Position numbers and translations under genes: made by a program
Shown: positions 1 to 12,985 of the stretch, one piece after another
Layout of the letters: each line of letters starts with the position of its first letter
Numbering within the stretch: the stretch's first letter is position 1
From: Lama guanicoe
Taxonomy: Eukaryota
Length of the DNA stretch: 64,000 nucleotides
Direction: 5' to 3'
Assembly (NCBI GenBank): GCA_013239625.1
Contig: MU053444.1
Location: 389,822 to 453,821, forward strand
Notes under the pieces: model-generated
Databases searched by the model: none
Seen by the model: the letters and a program-made list of their open reading frames with translations, nothing else
What the model was told of the DNA's origin: nothing

Positions 1-1106
1 TCCTGGCCATTGTAAACAGTGCTCCTGTGAACATTGGGGTGCAGTTATCTTTTGGAATTAAGGTTCTCTCTGGATATATGCCCAGGAGTGGGATTGCTGA
101 ATTAGGTGATAAATTGTTTGTTTGTTTGATTTTTGTCTTTTGAGGAATCTCCATACTGTTTCCCACAGTGGCTGTGGCTGCACCAAACTACATTCCCACC
201 AACAATGTAGTAGGGTTTCCTTTTCTCCACAGCCTATACGGCATTTATGGCTTGTGGACTTTTGAATGATGGCCATTCTGACTGGTGTGAGATGATAACA
301 TTCTAGTTTTGAGCTGCAATTCTCTGATAATTGACTGATATTGAGCATTTTTTCTTATGCCTATTGGTCATTTGTGTGTTTTCATTGGAGAATTGCTTGT
401 TTAGTTGTTCTGCCCATTTTTGGATTTGGTTGTTTATTTTTTTCATAGTAAGTTGTATGAACTATTTATATAGTCTAGAAATTAAGCCATGGTCAGTCTC
501 ATGTTTTGCAAATATTTTCTCCCATTCCATAGGTTGTCTTTTGGTTTTACTTATGGTTTGTATTGCTGTGCAAAAGTTTATAAGTTTAATTAGGTCTCAT
601 TTATTTGTTTTGGCTTTTATTTCTGTTGCTTGGGTTGCTTAGATTGCCCTTGGAAAACATTGCTGAGATGTATGTCAAATAATGTTTTGCCTATGTTTTC
701 TTGTGAGAAGTTTATAGTGTCTTGTCTAATATTTAAGTCTTTAAGCCATTTTGAGTTTGTTTCCTTTTGGGCTTTTTGCGACTCTATTGTATCCTTTTGA
801 TTTGTGCTTACCTTATTCTTCAAATATATCAACCCATTACTATATCTATTTCCTTTAGACTGATAATCACGTAGATTCCAACACATCCTAAGAATAACAA
901 AGAAAAAAAAGAAAGAAAAAAATCTATATTTTCTTGCTCCCCTCTCCCATTCCCACCTTTTTTTATTTAGATGTCCTTTTCCATTTTTACATCTTTATGT
1001 TTATTTTCTTATAACTCGTTATTGTATTGCCAACTATGATTTTCCTGTTTCTATAGCATCCTGCTTCCTTTCTGTTTAGAATAGAACTTTTAATGTCTCT
1101 GTTAGG
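1..1106 (-). mobile_element. LINE-1 fragment: ORF2 3' region (1-~757) joined to ORF1-end/inter-ORF sequence (~758-1106)
   Basis: ORF 58..348 has L1 ORF2 C-terminal motifs ([24 protein letters not shown]); 758-1106 is the reverse-complement homologue of ~45970-46290. Confidence 0.85.
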
Positions 1107-2159
1107 TTCAATATTGCTGAGTTATCTCACCTCCCCCCTCCCCCTCCCCCCAGGCCTCTTAATACTCAGTCCAGGAAAGCTAAACCATTCTAGCCTTCAT
1201 CNNNNNNNNNNNNNNNNNNNNAATCTTCAGAAAAAAACATTGAAAAATAATATTCTGTGAGTTGCTTTCTACCCTTGCCCAGAGATGAGAAACATCTGAA
1301 GGTGGAGGAAAAAAGTTGGAGGTGGGGAACACAAAGTCTTTTCTGCTTTTGCTACTGAAGAAATTATTGCTTTTGTAATTAGTGATGATGCCCTTTAAAT
1401 TGGCGAGATCGAGATTCCACAGCTTCAGCGCCTGTGAATAACCAGCTGGGAGAAAGCTCTCTAGGGCCCCTGCAGTGGGAAAGGCTGCCCCTTTGAGCAC
1501 CTGTTGTTCTGTATTCTTCCTGCCTCCACACGGGTTCGCTAGGCACCATGCAGGACAATGCAGTTACCCAAGGTGGATGACGGGGAGACCCCTGCTGTGT
1601 GGCAAGCCACAGGAGCCCACACTTGAAGGACAAAATGTATAGTAGAGGGGCGGTCATAGGAACAGAGGATGGTTGAGACCCAGGATAGTGTCCTGGAGTC
1701 CAGCAGCCAAGGTTGGTGGGGCACATGGGGCCCTGGGGCATGGGAAGACCTTGAGGGATCTGAAGCAAAGATAGGAACCAAGAGACTGGATTCGTGTGGG
1801 GGTACGACACCCCTTGGAGGCTGCGAGGCAGCTCAGTGAGCCCAGGGGGAGCAGGCACTTCCCCAAAGCTGGGTTGACAGGTCACAACCAACCCACTGGG
1901 GACTGAGAGGCCCTGAGTCATTTTTAAACTTTTGTCCCTCTTCCTGGAAAAGAAACTGCTGCCTGTGAAATAGCCTGTGTCGTTAGTGAGAATTAAAGAC
2001 ATGAAGCAAGATTGCGTCAAAAGTCATCCATTGTGTAGTCCTTAATAAGGGTCAAATGCAAACTTGAATAGATGAAATGAAACATTCATCAGAGGATTTT
2101 AAAATCCTTTAAAATAAAAATTCTTGCTGCCTTTGTCTTCATTCCAGGGTTCAATGATA

Positions 2160-2560
2160 ATAATAGTAACCAAAGCAATAGCAAACCCTTACAGAGCTCT
2201 GTCCTGCTGTTCCAGGAACGCTGTGTTCACGACAACCCAATGAGTTGGCACCACTATGTGGTAAACTTTAAAGGAAAGGACATTCACAAATCACACGGCT
2301 AATAAATGGCAGAGCTGGGACTTGAACCCAAGCTGTCTGGCCCCAGAGCCCCCTCTCAGGCCCTTCACTGCAGCTCATCACTTGGCATGCCCGACACAGG
2401 CCAGCATTTAAGAGCAGCGTGACCTTGGCCAAGGCTGCTTCACTGCTTGGTCTCTGTTTCCTCATCTGTAGAATGGGGGTGTGGGCAGTGAACTCTGTGA
2501 GCTCAGTGGTCACTTCCTCCAGCTCTGTTATTCTACTGCTTTGAGTCAGTTTGGTAAGTA
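2160..2560. mobile_element. MIR SINE remnants (two, opposite orientations)
   Basis: GGACTTGAACCCAAGCTGTCTGGCCCCAGAGCC and GTGACCTTGGCCAAG...CTGTTTCCTCATCTGTAGAATGGG resemble MIR core motifs. Confidence 0.65.
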
Positions 2561-2999
2561 TCCGAGCCCCTACATGGCCCACACATGGGCTGGCGCTTTT
2601 CTAGGCCCTGGGTTACGGAGAAAAGTTAGATCAGCCTGCTTCTCCAAGGAGCCTGTGTCCCTCCACGGGAAGCAGCTGTGAGGCCCAGTCTCCGTCGCTG
2701 GTGGTCAGGGGCTGGGCAGGAAAGTCTGATAAGAGAAGATGGAGGCAGAGCCCCTCCGGGAACAGTGGTGGCCACACAGCTCTCAGAAGCGAGAGCCTCT
2801 GTCCAGGCTGCTGAGAGGGGAGTCCTCATGAGGCCAGTAGTCCCCCCAAACTAAGCCCTCAGGACAAAGATCCAGTCATCCCTACAGTGTCACCATAGAG
2901 CCAGTCCATCCTCATCACTGTGCCTCTGTGCTCCTTTGTCCTGGGGCCTCTCTTCCCCCTACACCCAGAAGACTCTTCTCCCTCTCTTCTCTGAGTGTC

Positions 3000-3990
3000 C
3001 CCTCACTTCACCCGTGGTCCCTGCTTCATGGGTAACCATCTCTGGAGTTGATGCTTTGCCCCCTCACACACCCCCGTTTGATCAGGAGCCTGGGTTGACC
3101 TCCATGTGCTCACTTTCCACCTTCAGATCACTGCTCCTCCTCTCTTGGGAGCACTTGGAAAACCGAGATCCCTTCCTAGCAGTGCCTGCCACCCTGGCCT
3201 CCCTGCTCATCTGCCTCAGTCAAGAGCACCTGGACCACCAGCTCTGTATTGCCTCACCTCCTACTATCAAGACATCAAAGTTGATTCTCCCTCCACCACC
3301 CAGTATGGTCATTTTAGGGTCTTCTTCTCTGTCAGCCTGAGCCAGCCACCCCCCATTCACCCTACCCTCCGGGCTCATATCTGGGCGCGTCTCCACCCAA
3401 GGTCCAGCCTCACTCCTTTAAGTACCCACCTCTTGCCATCCAGCTTCTTCTCCACCAGCCTCCCTGGCCCTCCTTCATCCTCACTTGGGCATCAAGTGCT
3501 GACTCCTCTGCTTTCCTGCCTGTCCACGTTCCGCTTATTTCCACTTCCCTACCTTCCAGCTCTGCATCCACAGTCAGCACTCTCTTTATGACAAACAAAT
3601 CCCCCTTGACCCTTGATCTTTTCAGTTCCTCACCATGACGACTTCCATCTCGGTTCACCCAGCTCTATTTTTTCTGAGCCTACAGGCAGCAGGCTCTCCC
3701 AGCACAGATTTCTAAGACTACAAATCAATGCCCACCATGTTGCCACTGCCAGGCAATCCTCCAGGATTTCTCTAGTGAGCACATTTCCCCACTTATCACT
3801 CAGTGGTGTCAACATTCTCTGCTCTCTGCACACCTTTAAGCTTGCCTCTGTCTCTTCCCTGACACCCAGCAGATGGCCTTGCCTCCTGCTTCAGAGAGAA
3901 TGACATGTTACTGGAAAGGAACTCGCTCACCTGCAGCAAATCTGCTCTCCTCACCTTTTATCTGTCTCTCTCCCACCTGGACTCTAGCTG
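3000..3990 (+). mobile_element. Degraded L2 LINE body
   Basis: C/T-rich; CAGCAGATGGCCTTGCCTCCTGCTTCAGAGAGAA resembles L2 consensus. Confidence 0.5.
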
Positions 3991-4399
3991 TAGTTCGTAA
4001 TTTAGTGAGTTTAGTTGACATATATATACACAGTTAAAAGCATAGCACACTATAGGCTACCTTCTAGGGCTTACTTTTTCAATTTAACATAGAGCGAATG
4101 ATTCATCCATTTCATTGCATATACCTGCAGTTCATTTGTTTTAACTGATCTTAAATATTGTGTGTGTGAAAATAACACAAGAGAAGGGTAAGCCAGGATT
4201 CAGGATGCTGGTTACTTCCTGTGAGAAGAGGCCAAGGGCAGGATAGGGAAAGGGGACACAGTATGTCACTGTCAATATTCCTGTTATGATGCTGGGTGAT
4301 ACGTTCACAACTGTTTCTTATAATATTAATTTTAATACATAAATGCCGCTGACAGGCACCTAAGATGACAATGTGTCATGAACCAAGACATACAATGGG

Positions 4400-4700
4400 T
4401 AATATTACATCATTATTTTTATGTAATCTTGTTATAAAATGTATTAATCATAATCTTACATTATGTATTATGTGTTATATAGATGCATGAATTATATATT
4501 TTGTATATAAACACCTACATATGTATTATATACTATATGCTAATAAATAAACAGAACATAATATGCTAGTATATCTAATATTATCTATTATTTAATAAAT
4601 AATAACATACTATATCCTGTTATATGACATGGCACATAATCTTTAATAAAATAAGAAATCTGTCACTATATATAATGGTAATTAATAAAATTAAATAAAA
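4400..4700. repeat. AT-rich low-complexity tract
   Basis: TA/TAT-rich degenerate sequence. Confidence 0.7.
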
Positions 4701-7059
4701 ACGCCCGCAGGTTTTAACACCGACACCGCTCCAGCTGTCACTGTCTTTTCTCTTCCCTTTCATAGCCGAGGTCCTCACGGTGCTATCTGTTCCCCCTTTC
4801 ATCTCCTTATCCTGAACCTTCCTCCTCCTCCCTTCCCATGCTGGCTTCTGCCCCGTGGTCCCTCTAGTCACCAGCGGCCTCTGGGGCACTGATTTGCGGG
4901 CACGGTCTCAGGCCCCAGCTCACCTGCCTGTCTGCCACCTCTGCCACCGCTGGTGGGGGCGGGGCGGGGGGCAGAGTGCACCTCTTTTCCTGGAAGAGAA
5001 CACAGCACAGACTCAGTGACCAGCAGCAGATGTGGCCGGGACCTGCAGGACTGGGGGGAGAGCCAGGCTGTCTGCCTCCAGACCGGGGGCACTTGGAGTG
5101 TGAAGAAATCCAGTCCTCACTGCCTCTGAAGTGAGGAAAACACCCTCAGGTGAGTTAAAGTACTTATGACCTAGGTCTGTTGGCTGGAAAGGACAAACGG
5201 CCCCCTAAGGGTAGGGTAGTTGATATTCCAGGCCCTACGAAAGCCCTAAGGGCTGGCGGGGAACCAGGCTGATTGCTCCACTGGACCCAGTGCCCCTTCA
5301 GGGGTGGGGCCTTCAGGAACAAGCAGAAAGCCCTCGGTCTCTGGGGGGAACGGGGCAGTGTGGGAGCATCCCTGCAGCTAGTCAAGTGACGTCAGGGCCT
5401 GTGGGATCCGTTTGTATGGCCACATGGAGCCTCAGCAGAAGTGGATTCCTGTCTCCAGCTGTCATCCTCGTGGCTGAGTGCCAGGCTTCAGACCCGAACC
5501 CCTGAGGCGCTAGTACAGTTATAGACAGAGGAGGCTCGGGGAGGCCTCAAGAGGGCTGTACTGGCCTTCCTGCTGACACGATTACAGGAAGATCAAACAA
5601 TCCATCGATGGGAAGAAAATAAGAACCATGGTCACATCTGGACCCCAAGCTTAGACGTGGTGCCTGGGTGACATTAGTCGACAATCCAGCAAGGTTCTGG
5701 CCAGAGCTAGAGGCCAGGGCAGCAAGTGGGGTGTGACACTGAGGAGCATCATTGTGCAGAGGCTGGACTGGGGGTCTGCAGGCTCCTCCCAGGAGAAGCC
5801 TGAGTGTTTGGGAGGTGGCTAACATGCCTCCTTCGTGTCACCAGCAAGTGATGCCACCTGCGGAAAATCAGCTGTAATCCTGAGATGGGTCAGCCCTGAG
5901 TGATGTGATAAAGGCTCCTACAAGAGGGGGCACCAGATGGACAGTGAACCAACCAATAGGCTGATGAATTTCCCGCCTGTGTTCATCGTGCTTTCATAGC
6001 CAAGAATGAGGAGAGAGTTGAATGGCTCACCATGAAGATTTTAACAGCTTGAGAGGGTTCCGTGTCTCACTGCATTTCAGTGTCACCTGGAGGAATTCAG
6101 GCGGTGTTTAGACCCAGGGGAGGCTAACGGCCTCTAGGTTCCTCATCAACCTGGCAAACACAACGGCCCTCTATGACCAGACCTTGGCAAGTGCCTTCCC
6201 TTGTTATAACAAAACCCTTCCCACCCGAGCGTGTGCTAAGCTTTTGTTTTTTAATTAATGGGAATGAAGATACAGCCTCCTCAGAACTTTCCTTAGGGCT
6301 TCTGCCCTTAGACCCTGGCAAGGGGGCCCGCTGCCCTGGGTCCTGCACTACAGAGGGTCCCCCTGGCCCTAACACTTCCTCTGGCCACGCCCTCTATGGG
6401 GTGGTGTCAGCAGGGCCAAGGGGACACGGTCATTGGCTCCGTCCCATGCTCTGGAAATACAGGACCCCGAATGCCCTGCCTCAGCAGCCCCTGACCCATT
6501 TCTAGTGCCTACATCAGCTCTCCCCGGAGTTCAGATTCCCAGGACTCACAGAGAGGCCAAAGGGCAGCTGTTTGCATGGAGGTTATAGGCAGAGCCTGGA
6601 TGTGAAATCTGAGTGTCCCCCTGTGCATATCCAAGACCCCTTGTGGTAAGGGATGGACCCAGCATTGGGAAGAAAAGGGTCAGGCTAATGATCAGAGTCT
6701 GGGAATCAGCTCTCCCCAAATGCTCACTTTCTTTGCAGGAGTCCCCTGAGTCTGGGAATTCTAATTTTGAACCTGGCCTTCCCCCTTATAATGAATGAAT
6801 ATTTGTAAAGGCAGGACTTTAGAACCTACTGCATTTAAAATGTTTAGATATATAGGATGGGAACTCCCAGGTATGCTCTGGAACTGCATTTCCAAATGTC
6901 CAGAGCAGTTATGTTGGCTCTACTGAGACTGAAAGTGGCAAAGACCGTCTCCAGGGAGGAGGGGCTCCTACTTCACGCTCCGAAGTCAGGATCTTCTGAG
7001 CGGATAAAACAATGGACACTGAGACCCTCAATTGTAAATTGATTTAGAATAACACCAAA

Positions 7060-7260
7060 GGTGTGTATGACGTGTGTGTGCGCACATGCGCACCTGGGGA
7101 CATGTGTGGTACATGACAGTGACTGTGTGTGTGTGTGTGTGTGTGTGCATGCATACGCATGCCTGGGAATGTATGTGGTTGTGTGTACGGTATGTGTGTG
7201 TGTAGTACATGAGTCCATGTGTGAGTGCGTGTGTGGATGTGTGTGGAACAGAATCAGTGT
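7060..7260. repeat. Degenerate (TG)n tract
   Basis: Direct reading. Confidence 0.85.
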
Positions 7261-8276
7261 GTCAGACACGTCTACACGTGTCTGCATCCCACTGTTTTAC
7301 TCCATGCTTATTCCTAAAAATTGTATGATGTCCTTCGCTGTATAATTCAAAATTAAAATAATCTTCAATCACCAGAAATTTATTCGCCCCAGATTCTGAT
7401 TTTTTCTTTCCATATTGATTATGTCTTCATTTTACTGATGAGGAAACTTAGCTTAGAGATGTTAACTGACTCAACCAAGGGCTTGGAGCTCGCTAGCCCA
7501 GGGCCAGGACGCAGTCCAAGCCATGATGCTCCAGAGGCCTGGAGTCCTGCTCACGATCACTCGTGGCTTCTTGGTGGGGGAAAAGATTCTGATGGGCTGT
7601 GGCCAGCGTGCAGGCTGCCCAAGCCGGGACTCGGTAAGCCGGGCAGAGAGTACCAGGCAGCAGACAAGAGTGAAGCCCTGTTCAGAAATCAGATAGGTTC
7701 CTAGGTCTTGGATGAGTAAGGAGGCTTACTGCTCATCCTTGATCCCTTTGCTGGTGGCCAAAAGGAACCAAGGCCCATGACAGCACTTCTGGGAACTGCC
7801 TGCCAAAACCTGGAAAAGGACTACTCAGGACTGGCTCTGCAGTAGGAGCAGAGGAAGGAAATGTCGCCTCTTGGTGGACATTCTTGGTGATGGCAGTAGG
7901 AGGCCTAGCAGCCTTGGTATGGGGGTGGCAGGACAGGGTCCTAGTGGGCGATCGTTTTCACGTCTCTTAAAAATCATTGCTTCATATATTGTATCCATTT
8001 TGTGGTTTATTTGAGGATGGTAAATATGGTCTCTGTTACTCCATATTAGCTGGATTGATTAATTTTTTATTGTTAATTTTCTCTTCAATGATTTGGAAGC
8101 CATAGTGCCTTTTAATGAAAATTCTCTCTAAATTTTTATAAATCATCTCTAAGTTCATAAATTTATATGTAATTGGACCAATATTCCTATAACACTATCA
8201 AAAATGAATAATCTATTAGATCCTGTTCCTCAATAATGATAAATTTAGCATATTTTACCTCTCTGCTGTCCCAGAT

Positions 8277-8322
8277 TGTGTGTGTGTGTGTGTGTATGTG
8301 TGTGTGTGTGTGTGTGTATGTG
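8277..8322. repeat. (TG)n microsatellite, interrupted
   Basis: Direct reading. Confidence 0.95.
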
Positions 8323-9475
8323 TCCTCTAGTTACTACTTTTTGACAGTTGCTTTCAGTTTGTTATGTTAAAAATGAAAATATAGGTATAAACTTCTTGGA
8401 TTTCATTGCTCACTACCACTATTTAATACCTTGTCTTTCCCATTTTTGAGTTATTTACTTATCGGGATTTTCAAATCAACTGGACACATGATTGGATAAG
8501 TTTTTTCGAGCGGTGGACATGGAACCCTTTCATGTCTATATGCAGCTTTTTGTTCTCCTCCTCAACAACTCTCAGGGTGTTGTTGATGGCCCAAGCCTTG
8601 TTTTAAAATATGGCATTGTTTTTCATCACCAAAAAAACAAAAAAGTTTTCTTGATTTAAAGTCCTGTCTTTTTACGACTGGCTAGTCTTGTCTGGTGGAT
8701 AGAGATTTCCTTAACCTTCCTTCTTCTTTTCGGCATAACTCGGATTCATTGAGATGCATGTTTTTACCATTTCTCAGATGGGCTTCCGCTTTGACTTCTG
8801 CTTTAAACCATCACCCCACTCTTTTACTCCATGCTTATTCCTGAAAAAGTGAGCTCTGTATTGGATTAAAGACGGTTCCCGTCAGAGATGTGTGGCTCCC
8901 TGTCCAAAGGTCCAAATGAAGAGAAAAGGAAAGATTCCTGTTTCTGGTGGTTACATTTTGTCAGCTTAGAGATCTACTTATCCGTGTGGCTGTGATGGAA
9001 TCTGCAATATCTTGGCTCACAGTTTCCTTTTTCTGGCTTATTAGGGGAGCCGCATTAGCTGGGGTCACGGCTCTGTGGCCGTTGTCAGGATCTCAGGGGC
9101 TGAGGCAGCCCCTCTCCCCCCTTGTTATTTTGATCTTGCAAACTGGGTCCCAGCTATGTGAGCCCTACACCTGGCAGCCAGGATTGCTACCCACGTGACG
9201 TGTCTCCAGTTCCTCGGCGTCCCTCACTGTTATCAACTAGCTCCAGTAAGGGTACGAGCTGGCTTCCAATGCGGTCCTTCTTCCTTCCTCTCCAGGCAGG
9301 CCCTCCTTTCCCACTAGTTGTCCCTATACCTTCTCTCCTGCGCTACATAAGCTGAAGGAATTCCTCAGCGTTTCCAGCAGGTAGATGGCGCTCTTCTATG
9401 TTTGGACCCCTTCAGTGCTTGCAGCGGAAATTTAGGAGGTGGAAAGGAAGAGCTTGGAGGTTCTCCATGTCTAGG

Positions 9476-9927
9476 GGCTCCCTATCCAGCAGATTCAACT
9501 AACTGTGGTTTGAAAATATTCGTGAAAAAACAGAAAGTTTCAAAACGCAACACTTGAATTTGCCATACACCGACAACTACTTACATAGCATTCATGTTGT
9601 ATTAGATACCATGAGTAATCTAGAGATGATTTAAAGTACACAGGAGGACACAGCAAAAGAGACTATGACAACGAATGTATGTGTATATTCATGTATAACT
9701 GAAAAATTGTGCTCTAAGCTGGAATTTGATGCAAAATTGTAAAATGACTATAACTCAATAAAAAAATGTTTGTGTGTGTATATATATATATATAAAGTAC
9801 ATGTGAGGGTGCACATAAGTTCCATGCAAGTCCTATGCCATTTTATACAAGAGGCGTCAGCATCCATGGATGTTGATGTCAGGGGGGAGTCCTGGAACCA
9901 GTGCCCCATGGTTACCAAGGGATGACC
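9476..9927 (-). mobile_element. MER2/MER2B-type Tigger MITE, split by an L1 3' tail (9649-9792)
   Basis: Reverse-complement homologue of the copy at 61047-61395 (GTAATCTAGAGATGATTTAAAG...CCAAGGGATGAC). Confidence 0.75.
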
Positions 9928-10149
9928 GGAAGTCCAGGCTCCTTATCCCAGCCTGTCAGGTCCCCACGTGGTCTGAATCCTACCTGTACCACACTTCCCT
10001 TGTCACTCTCCTCCAGCCCTGGCAGACTGCCCTCTGATTCTTGAACAGGCCACACACACTGCACTTCATGTCTGACCCCTAGAAATACCTGTTACTTTCT
10101 GAGCATGTCTCTGCTTTAATAAAATGGGCTGCATAGTCACTAGAGAAGG

Positions 10150-10785
10150 CAGTGTGCAGGTTCCTTTAAAAACTGAAAATGGACTTGTCTCATGATCCAG
10201 CCTTCCCACTCCTAGGCATATGTCAGGAGAAAACTAATTCAAAATGTCACATACCCCTCAGTGCTCACAGCAGCAATATTTATAATAGCCAGGACATGGC
10301 AACAACCTAAATATCCATTGACAGGTGACTGGATAAAGAAGTAGTAGTATATTTATACAAAGGAATACTACTCAGCCATTAAAAAGAACAAAATAATGCC
10401 ATTTGCAGCAACATGGATGGACGTAGAGGTAGTCATTCTAAGTGAAGTAAGCCAGAAAAAGAGAAAAATGTCATATGATATCACTTATATGTGGAATCTA
10501 AAAAAAGACACAAATGAACTTAACTACAAAAGAGAAACAGACCCACATAGATAGAGAAACAAATTTATGGTTACCAGGGATAGAAGGGGATGGGAAGGGA
10601 TAAATATGGGAATTGGAAAAGTGTCCCTCTTGGGGAGTTATGGAAATGTTAGCTATCCTCATTGTGGTGATGGTTTTCTGGGTGTAGACATCTATCAAAT
10701 TCATCAAATAGTACATGTGAAATATGTGTAATTTACTGTACAGGAATCATACCACAATAAAGGTGTCTGTAAAAAAAAAAAGGAA
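10150..10785 (+). mobile_element. LINE-1 3' end fragments
   Basis: GCCATTTGCAGCAACATGGATGGAC...AAGTGAAGTAAGCCAG; AATAAA plus A-tail at ~10757-10782. Confidence 0.85.
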
Positions 10786-10869
10786 AGAAAAGATTGGCGG
10801 CATTGTGTCCTACGTTTTTATATGTCTTCAGTGAGTGGATCTTCAAGTTTCTGGTCTGCCATATTTTCT

Positions 10870-11890
10870 GAACCTGAAGTGCCCTCCTTCCCTTTTCTTT
10901 CATAAACTGTCAGTGGGTGGCATTTATTCCCATGGCTTCAACTGCTCTGTGTCCACTGATTAACTGTCAAATCTTTTCCAGCATGGACATAACCTTTCAT
11001 TCCCAGAAATATACTTATAATTGACAAGTAGACATTCCCACTTGATTAGCCCATAAAAATCTCAAGCTCTGTATGTTTGGATTTATACTTGCTCAGAACT
11101 AGGTTTACTTCTTCAAACAATGGCATCACTATCCCATCTGTTTTCCGTGCCATACATCTGGGAGTTTTCCTTTACTTTTCCACTCCCTCACCCCCATCAG
11201 TACTACAATTCTATTCCTTAATGTCCCCCAACTAAGTCCCTGCTCCTCGCTCCCCGCTGCATTAATTCACATCCCTTGCAAGTGTTCCCAGTGCTGTTCT
11301 TTAGAGTGAACAATCCACTTTTCTCAGTTTTAATGACTAATTTGTGTCACTGTCCTCCTTAAAACCCCAAATAATTCCCCGCTGCTTATGTGAGGAAGTC
11401 CACGCTCCCTGATTTAACGTTATATCTTCTCATCACCTAGTTGCTGCTTTTTTTCAGCCTCAGCTTCCGTTACTTCCTCATAGCCTCTAGCCTCACTGAC
11501 CTTCCTTCCCTAAGTGCAAAGTGCTCTTAGACACGACCAGATATCTGCACGAGACACACAAGCTACCGAGAATCCCGTCCCCACCATGCACTCTCCTGGT
11601 CTAGAGATTTGCTGGAATCCTTCAGATGTCAGTGCAGGAGGCATTTCCACTAGGACACCTTCCCTACCTTCTAGAACCCTGCCCCAGGCAGTGCAAAAGC
11701 CCCTCTGAACATACAGTATACATGATGCCAAGTGACTTCTACCACATTGTTTTAAAAACCTATTTAAATTTGTCTCTTCCATGACACACTGTGATCTCCT
11801 TGAGGGATGGGGGGCTATGTGGTATTTGTCTAGACAGCTAATGTCTGGCACAGACCCCGGGCCATCGGAAACAATCTGCTGACTCATCAA
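10870..11890 (+). mobile_element. L2 LINE 3' portion, degraded
   Basis: CCCATGGCTTCAAC..., ACTGTGATCTCCTTGAGGG, GTCTGGCACAG resemble L2 3' region. Confidence 0.6.
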
Positions 11891-12906
11891 GAAGAATTGT
11901 CGTCTTTGCGACGTAAGAAAGACTACATGATCTCAGATATTACACCATCCGGCAGGGATCAAAATAATTTCACATAGAACCACACAGGCAAAATATGTGT
12001 ATTCTTTTCCTCTTTGTTAGCCCGAGGTCATAGGCATCCTGGAACGTAGGTGTCACTCTAAGCTGTCTGTCCCCTAGGCTGTCACGTCCATCTTCAACAT
12101 ATTTTTTAGAAGTTGTAGGGATACGTGTACATCACCCCGTCTTAGAGAAAACGGTGCTTCAGCCTAACCCAGTTTAATGTCCATATAAAAATCAGAAATC
12201 TTCCAAACTGAAGCCTGAAGAAACATTTCCCGTCTCTCCTTTCAGTCTGTCTGCAATCTGCATCCCACACCCCACTGCTCACCTGTGTCAGACCACCTTC
12301 CATCTAGAAACATTTTTGGTGGGACATTTTGATGAGAACTAATTACAGCAGTCATGAAAATGGTCCCATGAATGTAGGCTCTGCACAACAAGGATGCTTT
12401 GACTGGAGGCTTCAGCTGTGGCCTGCAGGGTCTGTTCACGTTTTCTGCCTGGCTTCCCTGCAGACGTTCTGCAGAAAATCAAGCCTGCAGTTAAAGTCAT
12501 AAAAGGCCCAAGAAACCCAGAAAAATAGAGTGAGATTCATCTCCTTGGGAATATTTTTGAAAACCATCCGCTAATAGGAAGAAGAGATTTAAGAGGTTCA
12601 TATCATAGCAGATGCTGTCCAAATGCAGGTGGGTCAGTTTTGTCATTGTTGCCCGTTAGTTGTCTTTCTGCTGCTTCTAACACACCGCTGTTTAGCGAAG
12701 TAGCCTGAGTCGGCCCTCAGAGCAGAAAGGTGAGCTAGGCCTCGCGAAAGCCTAGCTCCTCTTCCGTGTAGTGGCCCGCTGAGAAGGAAGGGATGGCCCA
12801 CGGCTTCCTCTGATTCTCTCTCCCTCAGTTATAAACTCTCTGAAGGGAAAATGGAGTAAAAAAACTTAATTCAATATGGTATTGTCAAAATAAAAAATAA
12901 TTCTTT

Positions 12907-12985
12907 GGAGGGGAGGGTATAAATCAAGGGGTAGAGCACATGCTGGGTTCAATTCCCAGTACCTCAATGTAAAAAAATAATAAGA
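12907..12985 (+). mobile_element. Camelid-type tRNA-derived SINE (Vic-1-like), internally deleted
   Basis: GGGGAGGGTATAAATCAAGGGGTAGAGCACATGCTGGGTTCAATTCCCAGTACCTC plus A-rich tail; A/B-box remnants; approximate TSD AAAAATAATTCTTT / AAAAATTATTTTTT. Confidence 0.7.

Noticed and set aside
1379..2020. 213-aa minus-strand ORF (longest ORF not spanning a gap)
   Set aside because: Non-ATG start, no recognisable domain, and several overlapping ORFs, as expected by chance in GC-rich DNA.
6973..7345. His/Thr- and Cys/Val-rich ORFs
   Set aside because: Translations of the (TG)n tract.
12907..12985. Functional tRNA gene
   Set aside because: Missing arm, an A-rich tail and a TSD indicate a SINE.
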